A stretch of DNA of 63,420 bases, the filler included, from Lenisia limosa (lineage: Eukaryota > Protista > Breviatea), in assembly GCA_001655205.1 (NCBI GenBank). It is 7 parts of 7 records of this genome, joined end to end, with 100 filler letters (N's around TTAATTAATTAA, not from the genome) between each part and the next. Parts side by side here need not be neighbours in the genome. Positions count along the whole stretch, not along the records: positions 1 to 18,116 come from LPNZ01008344.1; 6 more parts are not named here. One strand, written 5' to 3'. A program made the position numbers and the translations under genes. This document shows positions 1 through 11,049 of this stretch, one piece after another; positions within the stretch are counted from its first letter, which is position 1, and each line of letters opens with the position of its first letter. The notes under the pieces are model-generated. The model did no database searches. It was given only the letters and a program-made list of their open reading frames with translations, and was not told the origin of the DNA.

Positions 1-269
1 GCATGTCCACGGTTTCCAACACCAACCTATATATATATATATGTATATGGGTCCTCAAAGCTCTTGACCCTTGTATTGGCCAATGTTTTAACACTAACAT
101 TGGCCTCACCCTCTTTAAGTGTTAAGGTGGTAGTTCAAGTTGCTCTAGAGGGTTGTACAAGCAAAATAGAATGAGTTACTGTCTGTCTCTGACATTAAAC
201 ATAAATAACTAAACACAGACAGAACAAGGAGACTAAAACATCCTAAAAATGAAGTAGAAATCTGGATTT

Positions 270-440
270 TATTTCACTTGTTACTGAGGTTCTGCAACTG
301 ATACCGTGTTGTTTTTTCAAAATATATAATTTTCAAACTTGTAATTATCTCACGATTTAGGTCAGCGAGTGTTGTATGTCATGAATGAAAGGGTAAGAGA
401 TGGATTGTTTATTTGTCCTGTTAAAAACCCTATCAATACC
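270..440. repeat. Dispersed repeat, homologous to ~34140-34300
   Basis: Shared blocks in the same order and orientation at both sites: aggttctgcaactgat, tttagg, gtaagagatggattgtttattt.tcctgtt. Confidence 0.75.
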
Positions 441-599
441 CATTTCTTATTCTACAAGCGTAAAGTTATTGTATTTCCGGTCTATTTCCCACTCCTTTAC
501 ATTAGGGGAGGTTTTCACGAAGTCACCTGTATGGGTCTAGAAATAATCAAGACAACTATATCAGGAACAAGAACCTCTGGGAAGGCCTTACTTTAGCCA

Positions 600-3340
600 A
601 AATTCCCTCAGAAGTGAGGTCTTATTTCTCAAATGCTATCAATACCTCGCCAGGTAAAGATGGAATAACTAACAGATGCTAAACCTCATGCCAGACAACG
701 TACTGGAACTTATTGGAATGCCTCCGGCATGGGCTTTCCCCTTCTATTCACAGAAGCTGCCTCGTCAGCCCTATCACAAAGAAAGAAGGAGATACAGCGC
801 TTCCGTTAAAAGACCAATATCCCTGCTTCCCTGCATCTCCAAGGGCCTCCCTCACTGCCATCCTTCAAATGTTAAAAGATCATCGAATCCAATCCAAACC
901 TGATCCACCCCTCACAGCAAGGTTTTATCAGCGGAGGAAACACCACGAACCAGCTCAACGCCCTTATCAAAATGCTCGAAATAACTCTGAAAGAGGAAAA
1001 GGTGGGACCACTGAAACCTATCTATATTGCTAACCTTGACTGGTTTGAAGCTTTTGACTGCCCCTCTATGAAATCTATTGCAATTTCCCTCCAAGCCATT
1101 GGAGTCCCCAACAATTTCATCAATTTTGTCACTAGCCTCAGAGAAAATGCCACCGGGCAAATCTCCTAAGATGGTTGAAGGAGACACACTTAATAGTCGT
1201 TGGGAGATTTCCAGATTAGTGAAGGAACATTTGTTCAAATTTAGGCCAATATTGTGAAAGTCTGCAAATTCGAGAGTGATTTCAAATTTTGTAAGTAATT
1301 AGTCCTTTAGACCCTGAGATGACGGGTCTGTTTCTCCGGGGATTTTGCTTACAAAGTGGGATTTCTGAGGTCCTTGATTTTCAACGGTTTTGTGTTAGAA
1401 TGGTGTCCTTGGTAAGAATTGAGTAGTCTAATTAGGGTGTTTAGGAAAATGGCGTATAAAATAGGGGATTGGCTATCTCCTTGCGGAAGCCCTTTTTCAG
1501 TTGGAAATGGTATTGTTTTGTACCCATTGACGCGGAACTCCGACTTGGCAAAGCTTGGGAACTACTCAAAGAGAAAGCAGAATCTCTCAGTGGGTATCTC
1601 AACCTTTAACTTACACCCCAAACTCCTTGGAATGTTCATCAAACCTATGTTAATAGCAGAGTCTACATTGCCCAACACATTGGCCTCAGTGAAAACCAAG
1701 CTCGGATACCTCAACTATTGCATTGCGAGAGGAATCTGCTCATGCCTTAAACTAGGAAAATCTCTGCCCACAGATTTCATTTATCTTTCAAAAGAGAATG
1801 GTGGACTTGGTTGGTATCCAGGCCCCTAGTGTAGCCATCAAATCTGCACAGATCGTGGAATTTGAAGCAACATGTTCAACGATAGTAGTCATCTAAAAAT
1901 TCTCTGGGTAATTGGGAATTTCAACCGATATCAATTCCTTCAGAAACGTCATTCAAAATGAAATTATTCGACTCAAAGAATACATCAAATCTCAAGGAAA
2001 TGAAATTAAATTTGATTGCTTTACCGACGGTTCGTTAATGGATCACCCAACAACCAATGAAAAACAGTAAAAAAGGGTGATATTTTTCTCTTCCCCTGCA
2101 AGCATTAACATGCACCTCCGAGCCGCAATAAACGATTTTCTACCTTAGCCTGTGCGTTTTCATAATCTATGAATAACAACGCAACTTTCACTATTAGGGT
2201 AGATAATCAATCCGCTTTAATGATGAATCAACTCAAGAACACTAGCAAGACCAAAGGGAGGGCCTGCCTTCGAATCATTAACAAACAATGTGACAAAATA
2301 GCGAAATCCGGAACTTTTTTTGACATTTGAGCACATTAAAGCCCATCAAGATAGTTTGATGCTACTTGATCAGTTGTCCTATGAGCCAAAGGCAACTGCG
2401 CAGCTGAAAAACTGACCAGTTTCTACCAAAATTGATAATAGGAGAACCCAAACATTGTACATAGTACATACTGGACCCAACCCTTCAATAATCTAATTGC
2501 CTCGAAGTCCTGGCCACTGTCCTTTTCATGACGTAACGGATTGAGTCAAGCCAGCTGAATTTTCCAACTTAAGAGAATAACTATTGCAGGTCAGTTCTAC
2601 AGGTTGATCTTATATCATTGGTAATAAGCTGGACTGACAAATTTGTTAACCTCCTGAAGTGCAGTGGTTGGCCATAGGTTACAGCTTGCCTAAACTCAAT
2701 TAACATCCTGAATCGTCCCGGCAAATTGGAAAAATTCAGAGCCAAACTCCTGACCAAACAACTAACAAAAAGAAGTTTGAATGTAAGCTTATTAACTCCC
2801 CCAACTGTACCTTATGCTCACTAGGTTCACCTTGATCCATTCAACACCTTCTCTGAATGTGACAACGGCCAGAACATCAACTCTAAATAAAGTCAAACTG
2901 GCTTTCGGCAATCTTTGAAATCTAAAACTCCATAATGTCGTCCAAAGATTATGTACATTACAAGATTGGCCTTTTGATACCCTGTCCGCCACTCCAAAGG
3001 GAGGACTCCCCAGCTCACATTTATGACGCAAATATTCCATTCCACTACTTAGCAGCCAGCCTAGTGCCCAAATTTAGTGAACTGTTGAATTTTGTATCCC
3101 TTATATGAGGCAATTTCCGGCTTCAAAAGCTGTCACATCTTGCGATGGCTCATACGAAACGAAATATGGAATATAAGGAACTCCCTTGCCTCAAACTAAT
3201 CCAATAGCCCAATCCACTCTCGGAATTATCTTCCCCTCTCTATACAACCCCGAGGCAAGCCTAATTATTTTGGGCAAGCCTTTTGTTAAAGTGGATCCTT
3301 ATTCTATGGGACTATCTTCCATCACCTTGGAAACAGATTA
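600..3340 (+). mobile_element. Dead non-LTR retrotransposon (LINE) with RT, RNase H and C-terminal CCHC zinc knuckle
   Basis: Motifs in the expected order across frameshifts and stops: SPGKDGIT (~650); PITKKEGD..RPISLLPCISK (~770-845); ANLDWFEAFD..GVPNNFINFV (~1030-1130); G-L-P-Q-G-D-S-Q-S-P-I-L-Y and GLNLNK (inverted block); YLSKENGGLG (~1785-1810); RNase H FTDGS (2020-2034), IRVDNQSAL and EHIKAHQD; C-T-L-C-x7-H-x3/4-C (~2806-2860). No endonuclease seen. Confidence 0.9.
1148..1550 (-). other. Internal inversion of the LINE RT core
   Basis: The minus strand of this block encodes KSEFRVNGYKTIPFPTEKGLPQGDSQSPILYAIFLNTLIRLL...FHNIGLNLNKCS, which continues the plus-strand RT on both sides. It is bounded by inverted 5-mers TGCCA (1148-1152) and TGGCA (1546-1550). 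Confidence 0.85.
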
Positions 3341-4639
3341 CTACTATTGCTTTCTTCCCCCTTCCCTGAAATCACACAGAGGTGTGACAGACTGAGCCTG
3401 GTNNNNNNNNNNNNNNNNNNNNNNNNNNNNNNNNNNNNNNNNNNNNNNNNNNNNNNNNNNNNNNNNNNNNNNNNNNNNNNNNNNNNNNNNNNNNNNNNNN
3501 NNNNNNNNNNNNNNNNNNNNNNNNNNNTATATATTTGTTTCCCAGATTTTTAATGTGTATTGTTTCTCTTGTTGACAACCCTCATCACGGCCTGGCGCGC
3601 TGTTGCCTTGGACACCTCGCTGGGAGAGTCGTCCGTCATCGCCATCGGCAGCCTTTTGGAGGACGGGCAAACGGGCACTGCCCAGACAAAGGTAAGTGAT
3701 GCATACAGTATTGAGGTATTGATCACTCATTGTAACCCATCAAGGTGGACGCCACCCCTTCGGTTGATAGAAGCCATATGCCTTTCTTCTGCTCAACTGC
3801 GGTTAAGAAGTCTCACCATTTTTGAACTCATTGAGGGCCATCCCTACCATTCACAGTATCTGACGATCCAGTTTTTTGGAGATACATCACTCTGCTCAAT
3901 GACGCTATTTTCATCTCTTTCAACGCAAATTGAGATGCCGAAGATCGAACAGAAATCCAAGCTCCAGCAAGCTGCTGCGCTTGACATTCAAAACATTAGA
4001 AACTCCCTCAAGAAGGTACAAACAATATTGAAACGAAGAGTACGGGGGAATCATATCACCCTGATTTACACCCCTTTACTTCCCCCTGTTCATTCAGGCA
4101 GATCTGCCCTTAAAACACACACACACACTGGCTGCAGTAAATCCCCCTATCCTTTCCCTCCAATCTGTTAACAACCCCAGAAACGTTCATCACGCATTGT
4201 TTACATGGCCTTCAGGCCAAATGGTAAGAACAAGAGCTATGTATGGGATACTCAGGGAAGATCTATGCAAGGCTGATATACTGAGGATGAAGCAGCCTAA
4301 TTTACGATCCATTCCTTCCGCCATACAAGTAACTGATATGTCTATCTCTGAGGCCGACAAAATGAGGAGAGGTGGTTTGAAATCGATTAGAATGATGCGT
4401 AACTACGACCATTCCTTACTACCATCTTTACCGTGTTTGGGTTAATTGAGGGGTGTTTTGAGTCCTTTCAAGACTCTAAAGCATTGTCATCCAACATAGT
4501 TGTTCTCCTGACACTGTAAATCATGGTTGAACAAACATTCAATACTCGTATACATATCTACAGTATATGTACTATCTATACTATATCTATCACATTAAAA
4601 ATTAACACTTGTGAAAAAAAAAGAAAAAGTACTGGTTGT

Positions 4640-5578
4640 TTAAAACCGCGAACATGATTAAAACTGCGAACAAGCCATAAATCGCTTCAAAACACCCTTT
4701 TTAGTGTGAAATTCGGCAGTTTTGAGTACTAGACTATCAATAATATCAAAACAAAGAAATTTTGAGCAAAAAGAAGAAAAAATAAAATGAGGAGATAAAA
4801 AAATCGAAAAAAAAAGATCTTTTGATCAGAATCGAACCTGGTCGGGGTCACCCAGTTTCCTTTACGCGAAAATATTTCTTGAAACCCCCCTTCTTTCAGA
4901 ATAATAGCATTTTGAGCCTATTAAAGTGCCCCACAATAGAAACGCAGATTTTTAAGGAGAATTCGAATTTGAAGTCCATTTTTGGAGAAACTGTAGTGAT
5001 TTTGAGGTATTTAAGTCAACTTTTGTGACGGTTTTTTCAAGAATTTTTCTTGTTCAGTCTATAATGGAGCCAATGGACGAAATAGACGTCTGATTAAAGC
5101 ATATGCTGCGTCAACAACCCATTTACGTTCTGGAACGGCACAAAAGGTCAGAGTCAAATTCGCTTGATTAATTAACATCTTCTATCATATTTTCGCCCAT
5201 TTATGGGTAATTTACGCTCATTTTTTGCCCAATTTGTCTCGTATTCTCTACTTAAATGCCTTTAGGTTACTCAAGAGTGGAAAAAATCAAATCTGATGGT
5301 GCAAGAACGTCTTTACTTTATCGCAGGGACATTCTAGGCCCATAATCAGTGCTTTTATTGTATTTCACATGAAAAATTGAAGTACCATGAAGGTGGTATT
5401 TTGCATGTATGTTGATACCCCTGCCTATTCTTCTGAACAAAACCCTGTATAAAGGAGCGTTTCGGGCGATAATTTTCAAAAAAATGCGAAAGAGGCGTAA
5501 ATAAGTAGCCTATTGGCTCAAAAATTGAAAGAAAAGCTTCCTTTTTGTTCGCGGTTTTATTCATGTTCGCGGTTTTAA
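4640..5578. mobile_element. Putative non-autonomous DNA transposon (~940 bp) with ~34-bp terminal inverted repeats
   Basis: ttaaaaccgcgaacatgattaaaactgcgaacaa (4640-4673) is the near-exact reverse complement of ttgttcgcggttttattcatgttcgcggttttaa (5545-5578). The interior is AT-rich with no recognisable ORF. No TSD established. Confidence 0.6.
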
Positions 5579-5815
5579 CTATATATATATATGATATACT
5601 ATTACCCAGAAATTTGGTAATGGTCCCCATTTATTGGGAAAAAGGTAAAAAAAGAGTATAAACAAAACTCTGTAATATATCCGTTCCAAAAGTCCATTCA
5701 TCCCAGAATAAGCTATAGGTTTGGAAGAAAATATTACCAGACTCCCACATTCATAAAATACAAGAGAGCTTCCAGAAAAAAGAAAAAAAATAACATTGGT
5801 GAAACCATGTCCATC

Positions 5816-6054
5816 TCACCTCTTCGAATCATCCTCTGTTTCAGATACCGAAAACTTAATAACAGCCTTTGAAAGTGATTCACCAATTTGTTTATCACCA
5901 GGTTTTACAAGGTCCAGAGGTAATATCCCATTCTAAGTAAGGTTTACAAGAAAACATAATCTTTAATAGTGGGGTTAGCACCAGCATTCAATGAAACAGT
6001 CAAACATTGACAGTGCCCAGTTTGGGAGAGGTGGTGAAGAATTGTACGTCCTTC
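5816..6054 (-). CDS. 3' exons of an ankyrin-repeat gene
   Basis: Exon 6054-5956 (cag|...|gt, 99 nt) encodes EGRTILHHLSQTGHCQCLTVSLNAGANPTIKDY, one ANK repeat. Exon 5932-5816 encodes NGILPLDLVKPGDKQIG...SKR*. The intervening intron would be only 23 nt, which is short for this genome. Confidence 0.7.
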
Positions 6055-6269
6055 CTGTTACTATAAGAAAGCAAATGCTCATTGTGAGAAGATTGATTAT
6101 TCAGGGTGTTGTATATTTTGATAAAAATAACTCAAATATGATTTTGGTTCATCTTTGAGACGTTGTCAAATGATTTTTGTATTTAATTTGTTTTACAAAC
6201 AAAAAAGATATTTGGTGAATATTTGTGCGTTTTCCGAAGAACCCACGATAGATTTGAAATTTCACCCTT

Positions 6270-6560
6270 TCTAGGTGGTCTGAAACTCCTTGAAAAGTGT
6301 GACAGATCAAAGCTTGGGTTATGAAAGACGCTTTCCACATTGTCCCACTACGCACCTCAAACTTCAACCGAGTCTGATTCAAGACCCCATCCGGCATCAC
6401 TGGTCACTTCAAATGCCTACCAATGGGTTTGAAGGACTGTCTTATCATCTTCGATCTCATCTCCGTTGCCTCCAACGAAGTTGTCAAGCTCCGCATCATG
6501 AACAGTCACATACTGAATGGTGACAACGATCTCGAGCATCACGTCATTCCATTATCATAG
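6270..6560 (+). pseudogene. Central reverse-transcriptase fragment of a YR (DIRS/Ngaro-like) retrotransposon
   Basis: MKDAFHIVPLRTSNFNRV*FKTPSGITGHFKCLPMGLKDCLIIF matches the D-x-K-D-A-F ... L-P-(F/M)-G-L RT motifs. The YxDD region is degraded or deleted. Confidence 0.75.
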
Positions 6561-6639
6561 AAGGGTATAGGAAAATAGGCATGTATATGAATATATGCAC
6601 CACGCTAGTGAAATCTCATAACTAAGTTAAATTGAGAAC

Positions 6640-7689
6640 GCGCCTCAAGCATGTAAAAAAGGACATCCTGAAATCCGCCATAAGCAAGACCTCGGTGAAA
6701 ACATACAAGTCCGCATCAAGTCGTAATTGGACTGCTGCGAGGAAGTGAAAACGAAACCACTTCCCAATTCAGAAGTTAGTCTATCATTGTTAAGGTAACA
6801 TTATACAAAGTTTTGAGGTTGAATTATGTTTGGCCTACATCTCCCTGCGCATTAAGGAAAGACAGATCTGCTCAGGTGTACACCCACTACGCAGCCATAA
6901 ACGGCCAGCCTCACCCCATCATCAAGGGACGTTATGCAGCCCAAAGGTATAATGATTACGAGTCCATACCTTACTAATTATCCAGAATGATTCTGAGCAT
7001 CAACAAGGCCAACAAGTCCAAGCCAGTGAAACAGGCCCCCGAGATGTCCTCCACCCAGTTTCATAAACTCGTACGCACTCGCCCCCCAACTGGCCCAACA
7101 AGAAGAAGAATATCCTCATCCGAGCCATTTACCTCGCAGTACTACGGAATCTGTCGCATGGGCGATCCCCCCCCCCCCCCCCNNNNNNNNNNNNNNNNNN
7201 NNNNNNNNNNNNNNNNNNNNNNNNNNNNNNNNNNNNNNNNNNNNNNNNNNNNNNNNNNNNNNNNNNNNNNNNNNNNNNNNNNNNNNNNNNNNNNNNNNNN
7301 NNNNNNNNNNNNNNNNNNNNNNNNNNNNNNNNNNNNNNNNNNNNNNNNNNNNNNNNNNCCCTCCTTGACCATGATCCCGTCCGTGATCTCCGAGCGCTCT
7401 AAGCCCAGTCCGCCGCTAACCCAGCCAATACCCACAGAGCTGTCTTCTACTGGTATGACACAGGAACAATCGTTTGGACTAGAGCCATGTACAGCATCTT
7501 ACGCAGCGAACTAAAGGAGTCAGGAATGGACGACAAAGCTGCTGGAAAGTTCACCATCCACTCACTCCGTCACACTTGTGCTACCGTCCTTCGCAACGAA
7601 AAGAAGAGATCGCCTGAAGCAGTAATGCAGGACAGTGGATGGGGCTCTCTCCGACAAGCCAAGAAATAAATGCACTAATGAGGTGTTTA
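6640..7689 (+). pseudogene. Tyrosine recombinase of a YR retrotransposon, copy A, with two predicted introns
   Basis: N-terminal SAISKTSVKTYK..PLPNSE|VELCLAYIS; box I IRAIYLAxYYGICRMGD (Arg 7155-7157); box II FTIHSLRHTCAT; SGWGSLRQAKK*MH, where the catalytic Tyr codon is TAA (7667-7669). Introns at 6775-6817 and 6947-6985. Interrupted by an N gap. Confidence 0.9.
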
Positions 7690-8367
7690 AGTGTTTTTTA
7701 TTTATTATTATTATAATCTTCATTTTATACAATGCTTTCCCCAGGGACAAAGCGTAATTAACTTGATTTCAGCGATTTGACCATTATCCACAGAGTTTAA
7801 TTCCCCGCATCCCGGAATTATTAACATATCTAGAAGTGGTTAAAGTCACAATGTGTGAAAAAAATGATGTTTATGTTTTGTCAATAATAGCTTATAGAGT
7901 TGGAGTTTGATTAAACAGAGTTTTCAGAAATACTATAAGTCAAGCCAAAATACAAGCCAACCGAATAGCCTTGCCGTAGTGGAAGTAGCACAGCGCGGTG
8001 AGGGTGTTGGGGAAGGCAAGCCTGAAGTGATCAATGGTTATACCGCGGACGAAAATTCTTCACCAGTAACGACGGTGACACGCTGTGAAGAAATCAGAAC
8101 CATCCAAATAAAGTACTTGCCACCGACGACCAGGTGCTGTCAACGTGGATGGTGTCACACTCCTAATGGGGTCGGACAGCTCGAGTAACAGCTCAAGCTG
8201 GCTGGCGGACATGATGTGAAGAGTCTATAGGCCCAATGTTGTTCTCGATCTCCTTAGCCTTACGCGCACGTTGGATAATGCCAGCATGCTTGGGGGTGCA
8301 TATATAAGCCGAGGACTTGTCGTACACATGCTTAATGCCGGAGGTGATGGATAAGCTGTAAAAAAAA

Positions 8368-8647
8368 CACGATTTAGCTGCAAAAGTGTGGTTAACATCG
8401 CTCTTGTTCAAGATATGGAACAACAAATATTGAACAAACAACCTCGAGTGTCAATGTCTCAATTCCTCCTTATTACGTACTAAGGGGGGGAGAAAATGAC
8501 ACCCACAAAGAACAATCATATCCAAAAAAAAACGGTTATGCATGAAATGGTCATAATTCTACCAGATTCAATCAGGGTTCTCTGAAGAATTAAAGAGTCT
8601 ATTTTCAAGCTCAGTTCACTTGTATTTAGTGAAACCCCCTTTTACAA
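8368..8647 (+). repeat. Terminal repeat 'A1' of the YR retrotransposon, directly upstream of the gag-like ATG
   Basis: Colinear homology to the reverse complement of 14570-14784 (cgatttagctgc.aaagtgtggttaacatcg...ggttatgcatgaaatggtca...cagttcacttgtattta), with an extra ~55 bp in this copy. Confidence 0.85.
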
Positions 8648-8658
8648 TATTGCCCACA

Positions 8659-9801
8659 ATGGTCGCTGGTACACGTAATACCAGTGCTAGGAAGCGTACT
8701 GCTACCACCCCCAAGCCTATTGCCTCCCGTATCCACTTGACAAGAAGAAAGCTAAGGACGTCGTCTTGGTTTAGAACGCGTCGAGAAGGCAGCCAAGTCG
8801 GCTCCTTCTCAGCAACAACAGCAACTTCCTGCTCCCGTCTCCTCAAGTGGCGACTTCGCCTTGGCCCTTATCAAGGAGTTGAAGGTTCGCCTACATTGTC
8901 AGATAAAGACTAGCAGATGATGTTTCAAGCATTGTACCCAATGCAAATCAATAATGCCGAAATCCTCACGTTTCAGAACAACTCCGAGCTCCGTGAGGTC
9001 TTTGGTGAACTCTACAAGTCCTCTGACACTTCATCCTCGAGAACACAGCTCTTGACTTGCGTTCCGGCAGGCGAACTAAAGGGTGCCAACGAGGTCATTC
9101 ATGTTACTGTAAGGTCTCATATATTTGATTAAAAATAATGAATAAGGCTGATAAGTTAATCAATCTGTTTATTGTAATATTAAGCAAGAACTTTCCTTAT
9201 AAGGAAGGTGTGTTTCTCAGATGATTAGTGTGGATCATCCTAAGAAATTTTGTGAACCAAACTCACCCACACAGAACTATCAACGACATTCTCCCGGATA
9301 TCGAGTCCCTCTACATCCAGCATGTCATCTCTACTATCTTCCGCGCCCTCGGCCAGACCTCCACCCTCGTTGACACCAACATCTCTGCTATCGGTGCCCT
9401 CATTGAGGAAGGCTTCGTGTCTCAGGCCGCCAATCAGATCAATGCACCCCCTTCGTCGATTACTCTCTCGAGGACAGTCCCTTCTTCGCGGCCGCCCCGG
9501 TTCTGGCGCCCATCTCTTCCAACAAAAAGAAGTATGTGGGTATTACATATATTTTCACATATCAATACAGTATGTTGAATAATCATGTACGTATGCGTCA
9601 TTGAAATGTCGTGGAAACGATCATGTATACATTCTAACATATTTAGCAAGCTTATCTGCTGCGACTTCAACTCCGATCGCGGTTGCCGCCGCAACTCCTG
9701 TCCTCGCAACCACTCCTGTTTCTTCTGTATGCAGGCGGGTCTCCCCAAGCAGGACTGCCCCAGGCGTAAAAGCTAAATGCTATTTTGTGATGGTGTATTG
9801 A
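8659..9801 (+). pseudogene. gag-like first ORF of the YR retrotransposon, intron-containing and decayed
   Basis: Starts 12 nt after repeat A1 and precedes the RT. Removing intron 9532-9646 (GTATGT...CTAAC...TTTAG) joins two ORFs in frame. A further donor lies at 9109 (GTAAGG). The call is positional; no diagnostic gag motif was recognised. Confidence 0.55.
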
Positions 9802-9958
9802 TGCAACTCCCTTTTTCTTCATTATCAGGCTGAATAAAATTTAATTATCTGTCACCGAATTGGGATATAATAAGGGAATCTGAAGCCAGAAGACAATAGA
9901 GTATTACACCCCCGAAGCAATAAATAACGTAATAGATTCAACATTCAACGACCCCAAC

Positions 9959-10470
9959 GTGCACCCGGCTCTGGCAGATTACTCAATACACCACCCGAGC
10001 CACAAAAGCGTGAGAGACTCCGCCCTAGATCATGAGAAGATAAGGCAGCTCAACACCAAGGGGCTAAAAAGAGTAAACTGTAAGCTTTTTAGGGACCTTT
10101 TCAAAAATGAATTGTCCCTTTTCAATTTCCAGCATATTGAAGTTCCGAGCTATCCTGGAATACGGCGACGACCTCTGCATTGACCCCAATGCACCCTTCT
10201 CCCGCCACACCCGCAACTGGCCTTATGCTAATGAGCACTCTAAGCTTATTGATGAGTCCATTAAGGCCCTCAACAACAAGAATGGTACTCCCCCCACCCA
10301 CGAATGACATTCATGTCAATCCACTGGGCATCGCCACAAGAGAAGTCCTCCACCTGAACAAGGTCAAACATAGGCTGATCCTGGATGGCAAGGCCCTATC
10401 TGAGTACACCCTCGGTGCCTTCTTCGGCCTCGACCGAACCACCCAGCTCTACAACATGCTGCAAGAGTGA
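9959..10470 (+). pseudogene. N-terminal reverse-transcriptase region of the YR retrotransposon
   Basis: FRAILEYG...NWPYANEHSKLIDESIKAL...DIHVNPLGIATRE...KHRLILDGKALSEY matches the (S/N)PLG..K..RLI(L/H)D..LN pattern of DIRS/Ngaro RTs. Possible intron 10073/10080-10132. Truncated at ~10470. Confidence 0.75.
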
Positions 10471-11049
10471 CAGAAATCAAGAACCAAACACCTGATAAGA
10501 ATTCACGAAGTAAGGCTGCTTTGCAAACGACCAAAGAGTATTTGAAAAAGTAACATTTTCGAAAGTTTGAAAAGAGGAATTCAAAAAGAAAAGCTGCTGC
10601 TAAAATAGTAGAATAAATGGGTAACCAAGTTCAGTTCACTTTTATCTAATTTCGTAACAATATAATTGTCTTTTTTAGTGTTGTTGTGATGTAAATCTCA
10701 GTCGAACTTTCCTTCTGATAAGTCTTTTGTGCCTTTTGTATCATATTCAACAAGAATATCAAATGTCTATTGGCGCCCTATCTGAGTGTGAACACGGCCA
10801 ACTATTTTTTTGAAGAAACCCCCCATTTGCCACGAAAGCTCAATTACACTCATCAAGCTTCTAGAATATGGGGATGTAATCACTCTACTTATAAATATCT
10901 TGATCATTTTAAGCTGAATTGTATATTAAAATGATATTTTATTACTTGTTGATTCGAAAAGCACCTAAAGATAATCTTCAAAAAAAATGTATTGAAACAA
11001 GACTAGCGACCGCGAGCACGAGTGCCCACCCCCTCTTTCCGCGAACTCA

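Noticed and set aside
3560-4171. 203-aa ORF as a real protein
   Set aside because: No recognisable motif, and an internal GTAAGT donor suggests the ORF is not the true product; left unannotated.
4823-4870. tRNA gene on the minus strand
   Set aside because: Only a B-box-like GGTTCGATTC is present; the T stem is imperfect and no acceptor, D or anticodon arms could be folded.
7487-7669. HSLRH motif as a bacterial or phage integrase (prophage or horizontal transfer)
   Set aside because: The ORF has spliceosomal-type introns, neighbouring RT fragments and split direct repeats, and there are no phage genes nearby; it fits a eukaryotic YR retrotransposon.
6640-7689. Crypton (intron-containing YR DNA transposon)
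   Set aside because: Not fully excluded, but disfavoured: the same terminal repeat A links the YR to gag-like and RT ORFs, and RT motifs lie directly upstream of YR copy A.
8548-8610. Extra ~55 bp in repeat A1 as an intron precisely removed in A2
   Set aside because: A2 retains GTCAAG at the junction, so the difference looks like a microhomology deletion rather than exact GT-AG removal.
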